From positions 930,001-994,000 of the forward strand of contig OZ231126.1 of the NCBI GenBank assembly GCA_965153355.1: 64,000 bases of DNA. Reading direction: 5' to 3'. The DNA is from Flaccisagitta enflata (Eukaryota). Positions 55,852 through 64,000 of this stretch are shown here, piece after piece. Position 1 is the first letter of the stretch; every line of letters begins with the position of its first letter. The position numbers and the translations under genes are program-made. The notes beneath the pieces are model-generated. The model was not told the origin of the DNA. It saw only the letters and a program-made list of their open reading frames with translations, and searched no databases.

Positions 55852-58800
55852 ATGAACAGTTTACTCGTAGGCGATGTCTGTGGAGGTTTTCAGGCTGTTG
55901 GAAGTCGACTATTTTGGATGACATTCTTTTCTGCTTTTCTACTCGTTTCGGAAATCAACGGTAATGATATCAGCGAGAAATGAATTAAAAGATATTTAGT
56001 CGCGTGCACGCGACTCTACAACCCGCTTTGTCCGTCGGTTGGTTGGTCGGTTGGTCGGTCGGTCACGTTTTACTTTTTATTATGATTTTATTTTTTTGAC
56101 CCCACTGCTCCTGCCCAAATGGTCTAGTGACCTCAAATATGGCCCCTACCCACCCGCATGCTACTTCGGTAATTGTGTATCTGGCCTTGTTTTCTTTTAG
56201 ATGAATTGCGTGAGATCGTTTTCTGCTTTTTTCTAAGAAGCCGTCACAGCAGTCAATTTTATGGATTCACAATATGATTTTTTTGGAATGCAACATAGGA
56301 AACCTATAACAATGGCAAAAAAAAAAAAAAATAAAAAATAAAATAAAATTAGACGCTCAATATTTATCAATGCTTCGTAAACCACTTATACTTTTTGCTT
56401 AAAATCTATGAGCATATAAAAGAGCTTCGAAAACTCTACAAATCTAGACCAAGCAAAAATTTGTGGCTCAATTCGTTTAGAAATGACAAAAGATTGAAGT
56501 TCAGTACTCATATTCCTGATTGCCAAATAGAGCAGATTTCAACACCGGAAAACATGGCACTTTCCATATAACATATTATATTAAACGCAAAAATGAAACA
56601 AATGATACGAAGTCAAAGGTGAAAATGAAGTATTTTTAATTCTCTACAAGATGGAACCAAGAAAATTTCATGATTTTGCTTCGTTTACAAGCTGTATCAA
56701 GATTTTTTTGTGGATATCTTTAAATTGTCATTACTTCCAAAGTTTTTATGATAGAATGATCGGAAGGAGCTCAAAAGAAAGATTTTTTGAAGCTCTTTAA
56801 AACCGTCATGGATTAAAAGGTTCTAGCATTTTTGATTAGGAAGCAATCAACAGTCAAAAGATCGCGTCTAGTTTTTTTCTTTGCTATTGTTATAACTCGG
56901 CTCCTGAGCATCGTAGCATGATGCGGATGGGACCATTAGACCAATTCGGACAAGTATACCAATAATCATCCATTGCAGGAGGCAAAGGACCAGAATACAA
57001 ACTTCAACGGCGACTTTTCAACAATTACATGCGGTCCGTCCGTCCAGTTATCGATCCGGCGGATACAGTTAAAGTTAAATTTGGCCTCGTACTCACTCAG
57101 ATCGTTTCGTTGGTAAGTTAGACTTATGTCAGGCAAGGTCCGTCCGTCCAGTTATCGATCCGGTGGATACAGTTAAAGTTAAATTTGGCCTCGTACTCAC
57201 TCAGATCGTTTCGTTGGTAAGTTACACTAATGTCAGGCGAGGTCCGTCCGTCCAGTTATCGATCCAGCGGACACAGTCAAAGTCAAGTTCGGCCTTGTAC
57301 TCACTCAAATTGTCTCATTGGTAAGTTAGACTTATGTCAGGCCAGGTCCGTCCGTCCTGTTATCGATCCGGCGGATACAGTTAAAGTTAAATTTGGCCTT
57401 GTACTCACTCAAACTGTCTCATTAGTAAGTTACACTAATGTCAGGGAAGGTCCGTCCGTCCTGTTATCGATCCGGCGGATACAGTTAAAGTTGAATTTGG
57501 CCTCGTACTCACTCAGATTGTTTCGTTGGTAAGTTAGACTTATGTCAGGCCAGGTCCATCCAGTTATGTCAAGTAACGGCAGGATGATTTCTTTTAATTT
57601 TTTTCATTTCCTTTTTCTAAACAGAATGAACGGAATCAGTTTATGACAACAAATGTATGGATTGATATGGTAAGTCCAACAAACAAGGCCACATACGCTG
57701 CCCCCAGTCACCGAAAGAGGGACAAGGGTGGAAAACAACTTGAAAACGTGACGGACCGATGGACGGACGGACCTACCGAACCAGCAATGTAAAGAGTCGC
57801 TGTCCGCGACTAACAAGACATTGCTTGAAAAAGCCAGTGGAAAAATCAACAAGTTCTCATCACGTGTCTTTTTGATAGCTTTGGTCAGGATTCTTTTAAA
57901 CCACTGTTTAGTAGGGTGGTCACGAAATAGGGTCAAATTTCAAAAAATGATATACTCTAGATTTTCGCATAAATGTATTAAAAAGAAGGTTTTCTCACAA
58001 GTAGAGGTCTGAATTTGAAGATTAAACCATGGCGGCAAAACAATAGGCTTCCTATGGCAATGAAAATATCCCTATAGCAAGCCTATGGTATTGCCGACAA
58101 GGTTTCTTGTTTGATTTCACACCCCAGCTTGTGAGAAATCCTTCTTTTATTGAACATTTGAGCTAAGGGCTCAAGTATATCAATATATGAAATTTGACCC
58201 AATTCGGGACCACCCTACTGTTTAGCTGTTAATTTAGTTAAGCTTTAGTAAAGTAGTTTTTTTTCCTTATAGTATTGGTCAGATGAACGTCTTAAATGGA
58301 ACAAGACTGAATATCGTGTCAACGAAATTTATGTTCCATCTTCACTCATTTGGCTTCCAGATATATTCATATACAACAAGTAAGTAGATCATCTGTAATA
58401 AACACTGATCATTTACAAAATTCATGTTCCATCTTCACTCATTTGGCTTCCAGATATATTCATAGACAACAAGTACCATATAGATATATGCAACATGTTG
58501 ATTTTTTATTCAATTCAGAATTCAATATAGATTCCATCTATTCATTTGATCACCATTTATTAGCCTTAAAATCCTCATAGTCGATAATTTGTCTTGGTCA
58601 AAGAATTGTGATAATCACGTCGATACCAAGGGTGACAGAAAAAATGGAGCCAAGAATGTATTGTAGATATCCTTTGCTTTGGCTGGGGACTAACTGTCAT
58701 TCTACTACAGTATAACAAATCTTTTATGCTGTCATTGCTCATGATTATTCCTTTGTCTTTTTTTTTTTTATGACAGCGCTGATGACAGCGTCTCTGGCCT

Positions 58801-58866
58801 CATAACCGGATACGAAGGTGGTAACGTCATCATCGATTCAGATGGCGAGGTGACTTGTTGTTGATG

Positions 58867-58898
<32 letters not shown>

Positions 58899-59227
58899 TT
58901 GTTGTCCTTTTTTTTTTTTTGTTTTTTTTTTTTTGTTTATTTAGAATTTTCCTTTTTTCGCAGGTACATTGGCCAGTTCCTGTGAGACTGCAAACTCGTT
59001 GCGACATCGACATCAGCTTCTTCCCATTTGATAGACAGAAATGCCACATTAGGTAAGAGATTGGAAGACCGACAGACTGATAGACTGACAGACAAATTAA
59101 TTATCCAGATTGTAATCATGGGGAATCATTCATCATTCATCATTCATCATTTATCCTTTCTCTTGCTTCATTCATCATTCATCATCCATCATTCATTCTT
59201 CATCATTCATCATTCATTCTCCATCAA

Positions 59228-59259
<32 letters not shown>

Positions 59260-59358
59260 CCTTCCTCTTTCCTCATTCATAATCACTCATTCATTATTCA
59301 TCATTAATCATTCATAATTCATCATTCATCATTCATCATTTTTCCTTCCTCTTTCCTC

Positions 59359-59403
<45 letters not shown>

Positions 59404-59435
59404 CATCCTTCCTCTTTCCTCATTCATTTTTCCTC

Positions 59436-59467
<32 letters not shown>

Positions 59468-59484
59468 TTCCTTCCTCTTTCCTC

Positions 59485-59536
<52 letters not shown>

Positions 59537-59858
59537 CATCCTTCCTCTTTCCTCATTCATTTTTCATCATTCATTATTCATCATTCATCCTTCCTCTTTC
59601 CTGATTCATTATTCATCATTTATCATTCTTCATTCATCGTTCATAACTCATCATTCATCATTCATCATCCAGATTAGGATCCTGGAGTTACAATGGATTG
59701 GTGGTCGATTTGAGAGTGTCTGATCATCCAGTTGATACTTCAGTTCTGGTCGCAAATTCAGAATGGAAACTTCTGACATTCACCATGATCAACAGAACGG
59801 TAGGTAATATTCAGATCATGAACACAAATACCCAAACACACACACACACACACATACA

Positions 59859-59948
<90 letters not shown>

Positions 59949-60098
59949 AAGCTAGCACAGTTGATTCAAATCAGATAAATCATTTTTAGAGAAATCCACG
60001 TTTCTTTACCCTTTCCAGGTCTTTTTCGACACTTGGCCTGAGCCTTTTCCAGAATTGTTATACACGGTTAGGATTAAAAGACTTTCACTTTACTACAT
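55852..60098 (+). CDS. Nicotinic acetylcholine receptor-like Cys-loop ligand-gated ion channel subunit, non-alpha type, 3'-partial
   Basis: Exons 55852-55960 (signal-peptide-like), 56979-57112 (EYKLQRRLFNNYMRSVRPV...VKFGLVLTQI), 57625-57669 (NERNQFMTTNVWIDM), 58273-58379 (WSDERLKW...IWLPDIFIYN), 58777-58849, 58964-59052 (Cys-loop CDIDISFFPFDRQKC), 59673-59799 (GSWSY...NSEW), 60019-60098 (FFDTWPEPFPELLYTVRIKRLSLYY). All phases match. No vicinal Cys-Cys in loop C. Transmembrane exons were not found before 64000. Confidence 0.92.
57033..57557 (+). repeat. 104-bp tandem repeat x5 spanning the donor of receptor exon 2
   Basis: Unit ggtccgtccgtccagttatcgatcc...cgttg|gtaagttagacttatgtcag. The first copy is coding. 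Confidence 0.95.
59126..59668. repeat. (TCATCAT/TCAT)n low-complexity intronic repeat
   Basis: Directly visible. Confidence 0.9.
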
Positions 60099-62189
60099 GT
60101 GAGTATTCGCTTTTTAGTCATGTCATATAAATAAGCTTCGGAGTTTATTACATGTATGACTTAAAAAATTATAAAAAGTTATGGTATTGCTTAGTTTTTT
60201 AGAAAATCTAAACCCCTAAATTTTTAAGGAACCAATAATCATACTTGGCAGAACAAGCATTTTTGTGACTTTGTCAAAAAAATTTTGTCTTGGAATTTTC
60301 TAAAAACTTTCACTTTTTGATATCAAATAGGTCTCAAATATGAATTATATTGATGTAGTTTAAGGTTTAAGGGAGAAAAATTGTAATTGGATACAGTTTT
60401 ATGAAAAACAGAGAAGAAAATGACCTTTTTTATCAAAATTTGCTACAAAGTCTTTTATGTGTAAAAAGTATCAAAATTTGATAGGAAGCAATTACTTTTC
60501 ATATGTTTTTTTTTTTAGAATTGAACAGTCTCTTTTAGTTTTTGAGCAATGCCGTCGTGAAATGTTACAGTCGAGATGGATATTACTGTGTTTGCCAGAA
60601 CATGGATGACCCCTATCCGATGCAGTCCGCCATCTCGCGTTTATAAGTTAGTCAGCTTGTATCTTAATCCTTAAAACCCTAAGATTACTCCCCACTCGCA
60701 GAGTACACCCTCTTGCTTGCTCCAAAGTCATGTGTCCTAATTAACGTCTGTCATGATAAGCACTTAGGTCGGCGGGTTAGCGTCCAAGGTATGTCACGTC
60801 GGCCCGTCATTCTAACCCTATCAATACAGGAAAGCGTCGCTAGGCCTTGCGCAAAAGGACAGCAAAGTGGTGCACGACAGTGAAGCCTCCTCATCTTAGA
60901 AAACACGAAAGCATCACGATTTTGCCCCATAAGCGGATATGCTATAGCAAAGCTTCATTGTACAGAAGTTCCCAATTTCCCTCATATTCATCAATCTACC
61001 CTGCCCCTCCCGTTTTATCAATCCCCCTCCCGCATCCCAAATCATCAGTCCGTCAGTCAATCAGGGTTCATATCCAGTCCATCAGTCAGTCAACGCAGCT
61101 ACCATGGTCAAAGTCGTCACTATCCAGGCGTCCATTATTAGAAATTACCTCTCCATTACAACTTCCATCTCTACCTTGCAGTTCTCCTCCCCTATTTCTT
61201 GCCCACTCTAAGCCTCATTCCACTTACAGGCCTATCCACCTGTGTCTCATCTAAGCTACCATGTATGTGTGTCATTCCGTTCAGTATTCCGTTTCCGTAT
61301 TCCTTTGAGTTCAAATCCGTTCCTAGTTTTGTTTCCGCCGTAGCCAGGTCCGTGTCCGCCCACCCTATCTAGCCGCTTTTCCCGCTCCGGGTATTTTGCC
61401 CCGGGTATTTTCTGCCGCGATTTTTACCTCAGCATTCACCCCACCTTTAGGCAAATGGGTGTATCCAAGTTTTCCGTCCATCCTTGCCTTTATAGCCAAT
61501 TTTGAAAACACGCGACCTCGATCTTCAAATTCGGCCACCCGTGACCCTGAGGCCCAATCACGGGGGGCAATCGGCCGCCCATAATGAGGAGCCTATACAC
61601 CCCCAATCAAACAGTACCGTAACCGCCGTGAGGATGGATCTTCACTCTCCTAACCCCCACGGCCTCTAAGCATCGTCCTAGGGCCCATAATAGTACCCCC
61701 ATCTAAATGACCCGACCAATTCGACCGTAACATACAACCACGCACATCGAACCCGGGAACCCCAGGGCTCATTATTGGGATATTTGTGTCACTGTCCCCG
61801 CCGTAGGCATCCCTTATGTTGCAATAACGGCCCCAGTAGCATGCACACCAATGGTTGGCCAGAGTTGTGATAAATCGAAAAAATTTCCCTTACATAGCAA
61901 GCATCGCCACAAGCATCGCCACTTTTTTTTCAACCACAAAATGGAGGGTACAAGGTTAGAACTGGCATTCAAGGGGGAGCACAGGTCATTGACTGCCACC
62001 CTTACCACGACAGTAATTAGTTCTACCATGTTCCCAGCAACTGCTTACTTAAGGGGCTCGGGTACCACTGATCAACTGACCACCTGACCACCTGACCACC
62101 TGACCACCTGACCACCTGAGGCTTTTGCGACCATTTTTTCTCCTGCCATGTCTTTTCTTCTTTTCCCTTTTCTTTTTCAATTTCTGTTT

Positions 62190-62489
62190 TTATTTCATTT
62201 TCATTTTCATTTTCATTTTCATTTTCATTTTCATTTTCATTTTCATTTCATTTTCATTTTCATTTTCATTTTCATTTCATTTTCATCTTTATTTTATTTT
62301 ATTTTTTTCCATTTCATTTTCATTTCATTTCATTTTCATTTCCATTTTCATTTTCATTTTCATCTCTTATTTTCATTTTCATTTTCATTTTCATTTTCAT
62401 TTTCATTTTCATTTTCATTTTCATTTTCATTTTCTTTTTCATTTTTCATTTTCATTTTCATTTTCATTTTCATTTTTCATTTTCATTTT
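62190..62489. repeat. (TTTTCA)n microsatellite
   Basis: Directly visible. Confidence 0.9.
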
Positions 62490-64000
62490 AAGTCGCGTGC
62501 TACGTGACTCTATAAGCCACTTTTTGGTCGGTTGGTCCGTCGGTCCATTGATCCGTCGGTCGGTCGGTCGGTCCGTAACAAAACTTTATAAAAGGCGTTT
62601 CACACAAAATAAGGACAGTTTAAATGTTTTTGAATGTTTCTACGGCATTTATAAACCTCTACAAGCCACTTTTTGGTTGGTCAGTTGGTCTGTTGGTCTG
62701 TCTGTCCGTCACAACGTTGTTTAAAGAGTGTTTCACCCAATTTAAAGACATTTTAAATGTTTTTGAATGTTTTCATGTCATTCATACAGCTCAATAAGCC
62801 ACTTTCTGGTCCGTCTGTCTATCCGTTAGGGTGCCTTTTTTTTCCACCAAGGGTTTATTCCTGGGATGCGTGCATCTGTCTGTCCATCCTGTCCATACAT
62901 CCATGCGTCCATCTGTCTGTCCATTGGTTTGTCACAAAGTTGATTTTAAGGCTTTTTGTTTTTAGGTTAAAGGTATTTTTAAAGGTTTTAGTCTGTTCAT
63001 CTGTCTGTCTGCGTGACTTTTCTGAAAGTGCCGACGCATGCGACTTAGGTCTAATGACCTGGTTTATTTTCATTTTATTTTTATTTTTAGTCGCGTGCTC
63101 ACGCGTACTCTATAAGCCACTTTTTGGTCCGTCAGTCCGTCCGTCCGTCCGTCGGTCGGTCCATCACAAAGTTGTTTAAAAGGCGTTTAATATGTTTTAA
63201 AGCCATTTTAAAGGTTTTAGGGTATCAATAAGAACCGGTTGGCTAAATCAAAGGTAATCTTTGAAATTCTAGTCGGTCTGCCTGTCTGTTTGTCCGACCT
63301 TTTGTGAAAATGCCGACGCACGCGTCTTAGGTCTAATGACCTTGTTTTTTCTTTTTCTTTTTCTTTTTCTTTTTCTTTTTCTTTTTCATTTTATTCAACT
63401 TCTTTTTCGGCTTCTTTTTTTCCTTAACAAGTGACGCGGGGTCACAATATCGTTGGGGACGGGTGGGCATGGGTATTTTTTCAACCCCCATCCACACCCA
63501 ACCTCCACCCCCACACACAAACGTACACAAAAATTATAAAAAAATTCTCGTTTTTCCACTTATTTACTCCATCACCACGGACGGACCGACGGACGGACCA
63601 ACGGACCAACGGACGGACAAAGCCTCTTATAGAGTTGCGTGTCCGCAACTAAAAACTTGACTTCACTGGCTGCAACCCTACTACACTAATCATTGACTAG
63701 ATTCTGAGATTGGATGTTAATTTGGTAATCTTTACTCCTACAGAAGTGGATTTCATAATTTCAACGGATCGTATCGAACAAGTTTTATCATTTCTGGAGT
63801 CTGGTTAAGATCCCATTTTCAATTGATTACCTTTTCTTCCATTTTCAATGAATTATCTTTTCTTCCATTTTCAATGAATTACCTTTTCTTCCATTGTCAG
63901 TCATTTACTGCTCCTCCCACCATCAATTGAATACCTTTTTTCCCATTTTCAATTAATTACCTTATCTTCCGTTTGAAATCATTTCCTTTCCTATTCACCC

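Overview
Repeat-rich genomic DNA from an animal, probably an invertebrate (spliceosomal GT-AG introns, microsatellites, many nested non-autonomous DNA elements). The species cannot be identified from the sequence. Five intron-containing genes were reconstructed by hand with consistent splice phases: (1) the 3' two-thirds of a HypX/HoxX-family gene (7 exons, 3262-12163, +), the family that makes CO from N10-formyl-THF via formyl-CoA in bacteria; (2) about 0.7 kb downstream on the same strand, a complete mitochondrial-type MTHFD2/FolD gene (12858-18054, +), whose product makes N10-formyl-THF; (3, 4) two tandem paralogous proline-rich CD225/dispanin genes (-); (5) the extracellular half of a non-alpha nicotinic-type Cys-loop receptor subunit (55852-60098, +), probably continuing past the window end. 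The main finding is the tight HypX + MTHFD2 pair, a candidate one-carbon-to-CO (or formyl-CoA) module in an animal, a lineage with no known [NiFe]-hydrogenase. A second theme is tandem duplication across splice sites in four of the five genes, including one intronic exon copy that differs from the real exon only at synonymous positions. Family assignments rest on motif recognition by eye; no database searches were run.
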